From positions 3,782,001 through 3,846,000 of the forward strand of contig OZ059899.1 of NCBI GenBank assembly GCA_964057225.1: a stretch of DNA of 64,000 bases, read 5' to 3'. The notes beneath the pieces are model-generated. The model made no database searches, was not told where the DNA came from, and was given only the letters and a program-made list of their open reading frames with translations. Made by a program: the position numbers and the translations under genes. Position 1 is the stretch's first letter; every line of letters starts with the position of its first letter. This DNA is from Auanema rhodensis (taxonomy: Eukaryota > Animalia > Nematoda). This document shows positions 27,501 through 41,900 of this stretch, one piece after another.

Positions 27501-30185
27501 CTTAAAAATGCACCGAGATATCAACTGATATAAGTTCACACTTATATCCTCGATTTTCACCCTGAAGAACTAATTTTTTCGTTGAATAACATTGTCCATC
27601 GTCTTTGCCTTGAAAAAAGGAATCTAAAAACATCTACTTTTTGCTAAATTATCTTGAAATTTTTCGAAAAAATTTTTGTCAAAATGTTTTTGGAAACAAT
27701 GTTGAGTGTACATGGAAACTCAACATACACTAATGCATCATTTTTCAAACGATCATAACTAATTTTTGTATAAAGCGTTTCTCAATGTAGTATAGTGCAT
27801 TCGATGCGGATTTTTAAGCTGCGTCGATCTGTGTTATCAGATTTGCGCTAGCTTAAAAATGCACCGAGATATCAACTGATATAAGTTCACACTTATATCC
27901 TCGATTTTCACCCTGAAGAACTAATTTTTTCGTTGAATAACATTGTCCATCGTCTTTGCCTTGAAAAAAGGAATCTAAAAACATCTACTTTTTGCTAAAT
28001 TATCTTGAAATTTTTCGAAAAAATTTTTGTCAAAATGTTTTTGGAAACAATGTTGAGTGTACATGGAAACTCAACATACACTAATGCATCATTTTTCAAA
28101 CGATCATAACTAATTTTTGTATAAAGCGTTTCTCAATGTAGTATAGTGCATTCGATGCGGATTTTTAAGCTGCGTCGATCTGTGTTATCAGATTTGCGCT
28201 AGCTTAAAAATGCACCGAGATATCAACTGATATAAGTTCACACTTATATCCTCGATTTTCACCCTGAAGAACTAATTTTTTCGTTGAATAACATTGTCCA
28301 TCGTCTTTGCCTTGAAAAAAGGAATCTAAAAACATCTACTTTTTGCTAAATTATCTTGAAATTTTTCGAAAAAATTTTTGTCAAAATGTTTTTGGAAACA
28401 ATGTTGAGTGTACATGGAAACTCAACATACACTAATGCATCATTTTTCAAACGATCATAACTAATTTTTGTATAAAGCGTTTCTCAATGTAGTATAGTGC
28501 ATTCGATGCGGATTTTTAAGCTGCGTCGATCTGTGTTATCAGATTTGCGCTAGCTTAAAAATGCACCGAGATATCAACTGATATAAGTTCACACTTATAT
28601 CCTCGATTTTCACCCTGAAGAACTAATTTTTTCGTTGAATAACATTGTCCATCGTCTTTGCCTTGAAAAAAGGAATCTAAAAACATCTACTTTTTGCTAA
28701 ATTATCTTGAAATTTTTCGAAAAAATTTTTGTCAAAATGTTTTTGGAAACAATGTTGAGTGTACATGGAAACTCAACATACACTAATGCATCATTTTTCA
28801 AACGATCATAACTAATTTTTGTATTAAGCGTTTCTCAATGTAGTATAGTGCATTCGATGCGGATTTTTAAGCTACGTCGATCTGTGTTATCAGATTTGCG
28901 CTAGCTTAAAAATGCACCGAGATATCAACTGATATAAGTTTACACTTATATCCTCGATTTTCACCCTGAAGAAATAATTTTTTCGTTGAATAACATTGTC
29001 CATCGTCTTTGCCTTGAAAAAAGGAATCTAAAAACATCTACTTTTTGCTAAATTATTTTGAAATTTTTCGAAAAAATTTTTGTCAAAATGTTTTTGGAAA
29101 CAATGTTGAGTGTACATGGAAACTCAACATACACTAATGCATCATTTTTCAAACGATCATAACTAATTTTTGTATTAAGCGTTTCTCAATGTAGTATAGT
29201 GCATTCGATGCGGATTTTTAAGCTACGTCGATCTGTGTTATCAGATTTGCGCTAGCTTAAAAATGCACCGAGATATCAACTGATATAAGTTCACACTTAT
29301 ATCCTCGATTTTCACCCTGAAGAATTAATTTTTTCGTTGAATAACATTGTCCATCGTCTTTGCCTTGAAAAATGGAATCTAAAAACATCTACTTTTTGCT
29401 AAATTATTTTGAAATTTTTCGAAAAAATTTTTGTCAAAATGTTTTTGGAAGCAATGTTGAGTGTACATGGAAACTCAACATACACTAATGCATCATTTTT
29501 CAAACGATCATAACTAATTTGTGTATCGAGCGTTTCTCAATGTAGTATAGTGCATTCGATGCGGATTTTTAAGCTACGTCGATCTGTGTTATCAGATTTG
29601 CGCTAGCTTAAAAATGCACCGAGATATCAACTGATATAAGTTTACACTTATATCCTCGATTTTCACCCTGAAGAATTAATTTTTTCGTTGAATAACATTG
29701 TCCATCGTCTTTGCCTTGAAAAAAGGAATCTAAAAACATCTACTTTTTGCTAAATTATTTTGAAATTTTTCGAAAAAATTTTTGTCAAAATGTTTTTGGA
29801 AGCAATGTTGAGTGTACATGGAAACTCAACATACACTAATGCATCATTTTTCAAACGATCATAACTAATTTTTGTATTAAGCGTTTCTCAATGTAGTATA
29901 GTGCATTCGATGCGGATTTTTAAGCTGCGTCGATCTGTGTTATCAGATTTGCGCTAGCTTAAAAATGCACCGAGATATCAACTGATATAAGTTTAAACTT
30001 ATATCCTCGATTTTCACCCTGAAGAATTAATTTTTTCGTTAAATAACATTGTCTATCGTCTTTGCCTTGAAAAAAGGAATCTAAAAACATCTACTTTTTG
30101 CTAAATTATTTTGAAATTTTTCGAAAAAATTTTTGTCAAAATGTTTTTGGAAGCAATGTTGAGTGTACATGGAAACTCAACAAAC
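24570..30185 (+). repeat. 8-monomer (2808 bp) near-perfect tandem duplication, M71-78 / M79-86
   Basis: Four gaactaa/tatcttg monomers are followed by gctacg+gaaata, gctacg+tgg, tttgtgtatcgag and gtttaaac+gtctatc+aacaaac monomers, and this order occurs twice. The marker aacaAac is at 27375 and 30183. Confidence 0.92.
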
Positions 30186-33100
30186 ACTAATGCATCATTT
30201 TTCAAACGATCATAACTAATTTTTGTATTAAGCGTTCTTCCATGTAGTATAGTGCATTCGATGCGGATTTTTAAGCTGCGTCGATCTGTGTTATCAGATT
30301 TGCGCTAGCTTAAAAATGTACCGAGATATCAACTGATATAAGTTCACACTTATATCCTCGATTTTCACCCTGAAGAATTAATTTTTTCGTTGAATAACAT
30401 TGTCCATCGTCTTTGCCTTGAAAAAAGAAATCTAAAAACATCTACTTTTTGCTAAATTATTTTGAAATTTTTCGAAAAAATTTTTGTCAAAATGTTTTTG
30501 GAAGCAATGTTGAGTGTACATGGAAACTCAACATACACTAATGCATCATTTTTCAAACGATCATAACTAATTTTTGTATTAAGCGTTCTTCTATGTAGTA
30601 TAGTGCATTCGATGCGGATTTTTAAGCTGCGTCGATCTGTGTTATCAGATTTGCGCTAGCTTAAAAATGCACCGAGATATCAACTGATATAAGTTCACAC
30701 TTATATCCTCGATTTTCACCCTGAAGAATTAATTTTTTCGTTGAATAACATGGTCCATCGTCTTTGCCTTGAAAAAAGGAATCTAAAAACATCTACTTTT
30801 TGCTAAATTATTTTGAAATTTTTCGAAAAAATTTTTGTCAAAATGTTTTTGGAAGCAATGTTGAGTGTACATGGAAACTCAACATACACTAATGCATCAT
30901 TTTTCAAACGATCATAACTAATTTTTGTATTAAGCGTTTCTCAATGTAGTATAGTGCATTCGATGCGGATTTTTAAGCTGCGTCGATCTGTGTTATCAGA
31001 TTTGCGCTAGCTTAAAAATGCACCGAGATATCAACTGATATAAGTTCACACTTATATCCTCGATTTTCACCCTGAAGAATTAATTTTTTCGTTGAATAAC
31101 ATTGTCCATCGTCTTTGCCTTGAAAAATGGAATCTAAAAACATCTACTTTTTGCTAAATTATTTTGAAATTTTTCGAAAAAATTTTTGTCAAAATGTTTT
31201 TGGAAGCAATGTTGAGTGTACATGGAAACTCAACATACACTAATGCATCATTTTTCAAACGATCATAACTAATTTGTGTATCGAGCGTTTCTCAATGTAG
31301 TATAGTGCATTCGATGCGGATTTTTAAGCTACGTCGATCTGTGTTATCAGATTTGCGCTAGCTTAAAAATGCACCGAGATATCAACTGATATAAGTTTAC
31401 ACTTATATCCTCGATTTTCACCCTGAAGAATTAATTTTTTCGTTGAATAACATTGTCCATCGTCTTTGCCTTGAAAAAAGGAATCTAAAAACATCTACTT
31501 TTTGCTAAATTATTTTGAAATTTTTCGAAAAAATTTTTGTCAAAATGTTTTTGGAAGCAATGTTGAGTGTACATGGAAACTCAACATACACTAATGCATC
31601 ATTTTTCAAACGATCATAACTAATTTTTGTATTAAGCGTTTCTCAATGTAGTATAGTGCATTCGATGCGGATTTTTAAGCTACGTCGATCTGTGTTATCA
31701 GATTTGCGCTAGCTTAAAAATGCACCGAGATATCAACTGATATAAGTTCACACTTATATCCTCGATTTTCACCCTGAAGAATTAATTTTTTCGTTGAATA
31801 ACATGGTCCATCGTCTTTGCCTTGAAAAAAGGAATCTAAAAACATCTACTTTTTGCTAAATTATTTTGAAATTTTTCGAAAAAATTTTTGTCAAAATGTT
31901 TTTGGAAGCAATGTTGAGTGTACATGGAAACTCAACATACACTAATGCATCATTTTTAAAACGATCATAACTAATTTTTGTATCAAGCGTTTCTCAATGT
32001 AGTATAGTGCATTCGATGCGGATTTTTAAGCTACGTCGATCTGTGTTATCAGATTTGCGCTAGCTTAAAAATGCACCGAGATATCAACTGATATAAGTTT
32101 ACACTTATATCCTCGATTTTCACCCTGAAGAATTAATTTTTTCGTTGAATAACATTGTCCATCGTTTTTGCCTTGAAAAAAGGAATCTAAAAACATCTAC
32201 TTTTTGCTAAATTATTTTGAAATTTTTCGAAAAAATTTTTGTCAAAATGTTTTTGGAAGCAATGTTGAGTGTACATGGAAACTCAACATACACTAATGCA
32301 TCATTTTTCAAACGATCATAACTAATTTTTGTATTAAGCGTTTCTCAATGTAGTATAGTGCATTCGATGCGGATTTTTAAGCTACGTCGATCTGTGTTAT
32401 CAGATTTGCGCTAGCTTAAAAATGCACCGAGATATCAACTGATATAAGTTCACACTTATATCCTCGACTTTCACCCTGAAGAATTAATTTTTTCGTTGAA
32501 TAACATGGTCCATCGTCTTTGCCTTGAAAAAAGGAATCTAAAACATCTACTTTTTGCTAAATTATTTTGAAATTTTTCGAAAAAATTTTTGTCAAAATGT
32601 TTTTGGAAGCAATGTTGAGTGTACATGGAAACTCAACATACACTAATGCATCATTTTTCAAACGATCATAACTAATTTTTGTATTAAGCGTTTCTCAATG
32701 TAGTATAGTGCATTCGATGCGGATTTTTAAGCTGCGTCGATCTGTGTTATCAGATTTGCGCTAGCTTAAAAATGCACCGAGATATCAACTGATATAAGTT
32801 TACACTTATATCCTCGATTTTCACCCTGAAGAATTGATTTTTTCGTTGAATAACATTGTCCATCGTCTTTGCCTTGAAAAAAGGAATCTAAAAACATCTA
32901 CTTTTTGCTAAATTATTTTGAAATTTTTCGAAAAAATTTTTGTCAAAATGTTTTTGGAAGCAATGTTGAGTGTACATGGAAACTCAACATACACTAATGC
33001 ATCATTTTTCAAACGATCATAACTAATTTTTGTATTAAGCGTTTCTCAATGTAGTATAGTGCATTCGATGCGGATTTTTAAGCTGCGTCGATCTGTGTTA

Positions 33101-36100
33101 TCAGATTTGCGCTAGCTTAAAAATGCACCGAGATATCAACTGATATAAGTTCACACTTATATCCTCGATTTTCACCCTGAAGAAATAATTTTTTCGTTGA
33201 ATAACATTGTCCATCGTCTTTGCCTTAAAAAAAGGAATCTAAAAACATCTACTTTTTGCTAAATTATTTTGAAATTTTTCGAAAAAATTTTTGTCAAAAT
33301 GTTTTTGGAAACAATATTGAGTGTACATGGAAACTCAACATACACTAATGCATCATTTTTCAAACGATCATAACTAATTTTTGTATTAAGCGTTTCTCAA
33401 TGTAGTATAGTGCATTCGATGCGGATTTTTAAGCTACGTCGATCTGTGTTATCAGATTTGCGCTAGCTTAAAAATGCACCGAGATATCAACTGATATAAG
33501 TTCACACTTATATCCTCGATTTTCACCCTGAAGAATTAATTTTTTCGTTGAATAACATTGTCCATCGTCTTTGCCTTGAAAAATGGAATCTAAAAACATC
33601 TACTTTTTGCTAAATTATTTTGAAATTTTTCGAAAAAATTTTTGTCAAAATGTTTTTGGAAGCAATGTTGAGTGTACATGGAAACTCAACATACACTAAT
33701 GCATCATTTTTCAAACGATCATAACTAATTTTTGTATTAAGCGTTTCTCAATGTAGTATAGTGCATTCGATGCGGATTTTTAAGCTGCGTCGATCTGTGT
33801 TATCAGATTTGCGCTAGCTTAAAAATGCACCGAGATATCAACTGATATAAGTTCACACTTATATCCTCGATTTTCACCCTGAAGAAATAATTTTTTCGTT
33901 GAATAACATTGTCCATCGTCTTTGCCTTGAAAAAAGGAATCTAAAAACATCTACTTTTTGCTAAATTATTCTGAAATTTTTCGAAAAAATTTTTGTCAAA
34001 ATGTTTTTGGAAACAATGTTGAGTGTACATGGAAACTCAACATACACTAATGCATCATTTTTCAAACGATCATAACTAATTTTTGTATTAAGCGTTTCTC
34101 AATGTAGTATAGTGCATTCGATGCGGATTTTTAAGCTACGTCGATCTGTGTTATCAGATTTGCGCTAGCTTAAAAATGCACCGAGATATCAACTGATATA
34201 AGTTCACACTTATATCCTCGATTTTCACCCTGAAGAATTAATTTTTTCGTTGAATAACATTGTCCATCGTCTTTGCCTTGAAAAATGGAATCTAAAAACA
34301 TCTACTTTTTGCTAAATTATTTTGAAATTTTTCGAAAAAATTTTTGTCAAAATGTTTTTGGAAGCAATGTTGAGTGTACATGGAAACTCAACATACACTA
34401 ATGCATCATTTTTCAAACGATCATAACTAATTTGTGTATCGAGCGTTTCTCAATGTAGTATAGTGCATTCGATGCGGATTTTTAAGCTACGTCGATCTGT
34501 GTTATCAGATTTGCGCTAGCTTAAAAATGCACCGAGATATCAACTGATATAAGTTTACACTTATATCCTCGATTTTCACCCTGAAGAATTAATTTTTTCG
34601 TTGAATAACATTGTCCATCGTCTTTGCCTTGAAAAAAGGAATCTAAAAACATCTACTTTTTGCTAAATTATTTTGAAATTTTTCGAAAAAATTTTTGTCA
34701 AAATGTTTTTGGAAGCAATGTTGAGTGTACATGGAAACTCAACATACACTAATGCATCATTTTTCAAACGATCATAACTAATTTTTGTATTAAGCGTTTC
34801 TCAATGTAGTATAGTGCATTCGATGCGGATTTTTAAGCTGCGTCGATCTGTGTTATCAGATTTGCGCTAGCTTAAAAATGCACCGAGATATCAACTGATA
34901 TAAGTTTAAACTTATATCCTCGATTTTCACCCTGAAGAATTAATTTTTTCGTTAAATAACATTGTCCATCGTCTTTGCCTTGAAAAAAGGAATCTAAAAA
35001 CATCTACTTTTTGCTAAATTATTTTGAAATTTTTCGAAAAAATTTTTGTCAAAATGTTTTTGGAAGCAATGTTGAGTGTACATGGAAACTCAACATACAC
35101 TAATGCATCATTTTTCAAACGATCATAACTAATTTTTGTATTAAGCGTTCTTCCATGTAGTATAGTGCATTCGATGCGGATTTTTAAGCTGCGTCGATCT
35201 GTGTTATCAGATTTGCGCTAGCTTAAAAATGTACCGAGATATCAACTGATATAAGTTCACACTTATATCCTCGATTTTCACCCTGAAGAATTAATTTTTT
35301 CGTTGAATAACATTGTCCATCGTCTTTGCCTTGAAAAAAGGAATCTAAAAACATCTACTTTTTGCTAAATTATTTTGAAATTTTTCGAAAAAATTTTTGT
35401 CAAAATGTTTTTGGAAGCAATGTTGAGTGTACATGGAAACTCAACATACACTAATGCATCATTTTTCAAACGATCATAACTAATTTTTGTATTAAGCGTT
35501 CTTCTATGTAGTATAGTGCATTCGATGCGGATTTTTAAGCTGCGTCGATCTGTGTTATCAGATTTGCGCTAGCTTAAAAATGCACCGAGATATCAACTGA
35601 TATAAGTTCACACTTATATCCTCGATTTTCACCCTGAAGAATTAATTTTTTCGTTGAATAACATGGTCCATCGTCTTTGCCTTGAAAAAAGGAATCTAAA
35701 AACATCTACTTTTTGCTAAATTATTTTGAAATTTTTCGAAAAAATTTTTGTCAAAATGTTTTTGGAAGCAATGTTGAGTGTACATGGAAACTCAACATAC
35801 ACTAATGCATCATTTTTCAAACGATCATAACTAATTTTTGTATTAAGCGTTTCTCAATGTAGTATAGTGCATTCGATGCGGATTTTTAAGCTACGTCGAT
35901 CTGTGTTATCAGATTTGCGCTAGCTTAAAAATGCACCGAGATATCAACTGATATAAGTTTACACTTATATCCTCGATTTTCACCCTGAAGAATTAATTTT
36001 TTCGTTAAATAACATTGTCCATCGTCTTTGCCTTGAAAAAAGGAATCTAAAAACATCTACTTTTTGCTAAATTATTTTGAAATTTTTCGAAAAAATTTTT

Positions 36101-38959
36101 GTCAAAATGTTTTTGGAAGCAATGTTGAGTGTACATGGAAACTCAACATACACTAATGCATCATTTTTCAAACGATCATAACTAATTTTTGTATTAAGCG
36201 TTTCTCAATGTAGTATAGTGCATTCGATGCGGATTTTTAAGCTGCGTCGATCTGTGTTATCAGATTTGCGCTAGCTTAAAAATGCACCGAGATATCAACT
36301 GATATAAGTTCACACTTATATCCTCGAATTTCACCCTGAAGAATTAATTTTTTCGTTGAATAACATTGTCCATCGTTTTTGCCTTGAAAAAAGGAATCTA
36401 AAAACATCTACGTTTTGCTAAATTATTTTGAAATTTTTCGAAAAAATTTTTGTCAAAATGTTTTTGGAAGCAATGTTGAGTGTACATGGAAACTCAACAT
36501 ACACTAATGCATCATTTTTCAAACGATCATAACTAATTTTTGTATTAAGCGTTTCTCAATGTAGTATAGTGCATTCGATGCGGATTTTTAAGCTGCGTCG
36601 ATCTGTGTTATCAGATTTGCGCTAGCTTAAAAATGCACCGAGATATCAACTGATATAAGTTCACACTTATATCCTCGATTTTCACCCTGAAGAATTAATT
36701 TTTTCGTTGAATAACATTGTCCATCGTTTTTGCCTTGAAAAAAGGAATCTAAAAACATCTACTTTTTGCTAAATTATTTTGAAATTTTTCGAAAAAATTT
36801 TTGTCAAAATGTTTTTGGAAGCAATGTTGAGTGTACATGGAAACTCAACATACACTAATGCATCATTTTTCAAACGATCATAACTAATTTTTGTATTAAG
36901 CGTTTCTCAATGTAGTATAGTGCATTCGATGCGGATTTTTAAGCTGCGTCGATCTGTGTTATCAGATTTGCGCTAGCTTAAAAATGCACCGAGATATCAA
37001 CTGATATAAGTTCACACTTATATCCTCGATTTTCACCCTGAAGAATTAATTTTTTCGTTGAATAACATTGTCCATCGTCTTTGCCTTGAAAAAAGGAATC
37101 TAAAAACATCTACTTTTTGCTAAATTATTTTGAAATTTTTCGAAAAAATTTTTGTCAAAATGTTTTTGGAAGCAATGTTGAGTGTACATGGAAACTCAAC
37201 ATACACTAATGCATCATTTTTCAAACGATCATAACTAATTTTTGTATTAAGCGTTTCTCAATGTAGTATAGTGCATTCGATGCGGATTTTTAAGCTGCGT
37301 CGATCTGTGTTATCAGATTTGCGCTAGCTTAAAAATGCACCGAGATATCAACTGATATAAGTTTACACTTATATCCTCGATTTTCACCCTGAAGAATTAA
37401 TTTTTTCGTTGAATAACATTGTCCATCGTCTTCGCCTTGAAAAAAGGAATCTAAAAACATCTACTTTTTGCTAAATTATTTTGAAATTTTTCGAAAAAAT
37501 TTTTGTCAAAATGTTTTTGGAAGCAATGTTGAGTGTACATGGAAACTAAACATACACTAATGCATCATTTTTCAAACGATCATAACTAATTTTTGTATTA
37601 AGCGTTTCTCAATGTAGTATAGTGCATTCGATGCGGATTTTTAAGCTGCGTCGATCTGTGTTATCAGATTTGCGCTAGCTTAAAAATGCACCGAGATATC
37701 AACTGATATAAGTTTACACTTATATCCTCGATTTTCACCCTGAAGAATTAATTTTTTCGTTGAATAACATTGTCCATCGTCTTCGCCTTGAAAAAAGGAA
37801 TCTAAAAACATCTACTTTTTGCTAAATTATTTTGAAATTTTTCGAAAAAATTTTTGTCAAAATGTTTTTGGAAGCAATGTTGAGTGTACATGGAAACTAA
37901 ACATACACTAATGCATCATTTTTCAAACGATCATAACTAATTTTTGTATTAAGCGTTTCTCAATGTAGTATAGTGCATTCGATGCGGATTTTTAAGCTGC
38001 GTCGATCTGTGTTATCAGATTTGCGCTAGCTTAAAAATGTACCGAGATATCAACTGATATAAGTTCACACTTATATCCTCGATTTTCACCCTGAAGAAAT
38101 AATTTTTTCGTTGAATAACATTGTCCATCGTCTTTGCCTTGAAAAAAGGAATCTAAAAACATCTACTTTTTGCTAAATTATTTTGAAATTTTTCGAAAAA
38201 ATTTTTGTCAAAATGTTTTTGGAAGCAATGTTGAGTGTACATGGAAACTCAACATACACTAATGCATCATTTTTCAAACGATCATAACTAATTTTTGTAT
38301 TAAGCGTTTCTCAATGTAGTATAGTGCATTCGATGCGGATTTTTAAGCTGCGTCGATCTGTGTTATCAGATTTGCGCTAGCTTAAAAATGCACCGAGATA
38401 TCAACTGATATAAGTTTACACTTATATCCTCGATTTTCACCCTGAAGAATTAATTTTTTCGTTGAATAACATTGTCCATCGTCTTTGCCTTAAAAAAAAG
38501 AATCTAAAAACATCTACTTTTTGCTAAATTATTTTGAAATTTTTCGAAAAAATTTTTGTCAAAATGTTTTTGGAAGCAATGTTGAGTGTACATGGAAACT
38601 CAACATACACTAATGCATCATTTTTCAAACGATCATAACTAATTTTTGTATTAAGCGTTTCTCAATGTAGTATAGTGCATTCGATGCGGATTTTTAAGCT
38701 GCGTCGATCTGTGTTATCAGATTTGCGCTAGCTTAAAAACGCACCGAGATATCAACTGATATAAGTTTACACTTATATCCTCGATTTTCACCCTGAAGAA
38801 TTAATTTTTTCGTTGAATAACATTGTCCATCGTCTTTGCCTTAAAAAAAAGAATCTAAAAACATCTACTTTTTGCTAAATTATTTTGAAATTTTTCGAAA
38901 AAATTTTTGTCAAAATGTTTTTGGAAGCAATGTTGAGTGTACATGGAAACTCAACATAC

Positions 38960-41900
38960 ACTAATGCATCATTTTTCAAACGATCATAACTAATTTTTGT
39001 ATTAAGCGTTTCTCAATGTAGTATAGTGCATTCGATGCGGATTTTTAAGCTGCGTCGATCTGTGTTATCAGATTTGCGCTAGCTTAAAAATGTACCGAGA
39101 TATCAACTGATATAAGTTCACACTTATATCCTCGATTTTCACCCTGAAGAATTAATTTTTTCGTTAAATAACATTGTCCATCGTCTTTGCCTTGAAAAAA
39201 GGAATCTAAAAACATCTACTTTTTGCTAAATTATTTTGAAATTTTTCGAAAAAATTTTTGTCAAAATGTTTTTGGAAGCAATGTTGAGTGTACATGGAAA
39301 CTCAACATACACTAATGCATCATTTTTCAAACGATCATAACTAATTTTTGTATTAAGCGTTTCTCAATGTAGTATAGTGCATTCGATGCGGATTTTTAAG
39401 CTGCGTCGATCTGTGTTATCAGATTTGCGCTAGCTTAAAAACGCACCGAGATATCAACTGATATAAGTTTACACTTATATCCTCGATTTTCACCCTGAAG
39501 AATTAATTTTTTCGTTGAATAACATTGTCCATCGTCTTTGCCTTGAAAAAAGGAATCTAAAAACATCTACTTTTTGCTAAATTATTTTGAAATTTTTCGA
39601 AAAAATTTTTGTCAAAATGTTTTTGGAAGCAATGTTGAGTGTAAATGGAAACTCAACATACACTAATGCATCATTTTTCAAACGATCATAACTAATTTTT
39701 GTATTAAGCGTTTCTCAATGTAGTATAGTGCATTCGATGCGGATTTTTAAGCTGCGTCGATCTGTGTTATCAGATTTGCGCTAGCTTAAAAATGTACCGA
39801 GATATCAACTGATATAAGTTCACACTTATATCCTCGATTTTCACCCTGAAGAATTAATTTTTTCGTTAAATAACATTGTCCATCGTCTTTGCCTTGAAAA
39901 AAGGAATCTAAAAACATCTACTTTTTGCTAAATTATTTTGAAATTTTTCGAAAAAATTTTTGTCAAAATGTTTTTGGAAGCAATGTTGAGTGTACATGGA
40001 AACTCAACATACACTAATGCATCATTTTTCAAACGATCATAACTAATTTTTGTATTAAGCGTTCTTCCATGTAGTATAGTGCATTCGATGCGGATTTTTA
40101 AGCTGCGTCGATCTGTGTTATCAGATTTGCGCTAGCTTAAAAATGTACCGAGATATCAACTGATATAAGTTCACACTTATATCCTCGATTTTCACCCTGA
40201 AGAATTAATTTTTTCGTTGAATAACATTGTCCATCGTCTTTGCCTTAAAAAAAGGAATCTAAAAACATCTACTTTTTGCTAAATTATTTTGAAATTTTTC
40301 GAAAAAATTTTTGTCAAAATGTTTTTGGAAGCAATGTTGAGTGTACATGGAAACTCAACATACACTAATGCATCATTTTTCGAACGATCATAACTAATTT
40401 TTGTATTAAGCGTTTCTCAATGTAGTATAGTGCATTCGATGCGGATTTTTAAGCTGCGTCGATCTGTGTTATCAGATTTGCGCTAGCTTAAAAATGTACC
40501 GAGATATCAACTGATATAAGTTCACACTTATATCCTCGATTTTCACCCTGAAGAATTAATTTTTTCGTTAAATAACATTGTCCATCGTCTTTGCCTTGAA
40601 AAAAGGAATCTAAAAACATCTACTTTTTGCTAAATTATTTTGAAATTTTTCGAAAAAATTTTTGTCAAAATGTTTTTGGAAGCAATGTTGAGTGTACATG
40701 GAAACTCAACATACACTAATGCATCATTTTTCAAACGATCATAACTAATTTTTGTATTAAGCGTTTCTCAATGTAGTATAGTGCATTCGATGCGGATTTT
40801 TAAGCTGCGTCGATCTGTGTTATCAGATTTGCGCTAGCTTAAAAACGCACCGAGATATCAACTGATATAAGTTTACACTTATATCCTCGATTTTCACCCT
40901 GAAGAATTAATTTTTTCGTTGAATAACATTGTCCATCGTCTTTGCCTTGAAAAAAGGAATCTAAAAACATCTACTTTTTGCTAAATTATTTTGAAATTTT
41001 TCGAAAAAATTTTTGTCAAAATGTTTTTGGAAGCAATGTTGAGTGTAAATGGAAACTCAACATACACTAATGCATCATTTTTCAAACGATCATAACTAAT
41101 TTTTGTATTAAGCGTTTCTCAATGTAGTATAGTGCATTCGATGCGGATTTTTAAGCTGCGTCGATCTGTGTTATCAGATTTGCGCTAGCTTAAAAATGTA
41201 CCGAGATATCAACTGATATAAGTTCACACTTATATCCTCGATTTTCACCCTGAAGAATTAATTTTTTCGTTAAATAACATTGTCCATCGTCTTTGCCTTG
41301 AAAAAAGGAATCTAAAAACATCTACTTTTTGCTAAATTATTTTGAAATTTTTCGAAAAAATTTTTGTCAAAATGTTTTTGGAAGCAATGTTGAGTGTACA
41401 TGGAAACTCAACATACACTAATGCATCATTTTTCAAACGATCATAACTAATTTTTGTATTAAGCGTTCTTCCATGTAGTATAGTGCATTCGATGCGGATT
41501 TTTAAGCTGCGTCGATCTGTGTTATCAGATTTGCGCTAGCTTAAAAATGTACCGAGATATCAACTGATATAAGTTCACACTTATATCCTCGATTTTCACC
41601 CTGAAGAATTAATTTTTTCGTTGAATAACATTGTCCATCGTCTTTGCCTTAAAAAAAGGAATCTAAAAACATCTACTTTTTGCTAAATTATTTTGAAATT
41701 TTTCGAAAAAATTTTTGTCAAAATGTTTTTGGAAGCAATGTTGAGTGTACATGGAAACTCAACATACACTAATGCATCATTTTTCGAACGATCATAACTA
41801 ATTTTTGTATTAAGCGTTTCTCAATGTAGTATAGTGCATTCGATGCGGATTTTTAAGCTACGTCGATCTGTGTTATCAGATTTGCGCTAGCTTAAAAATG

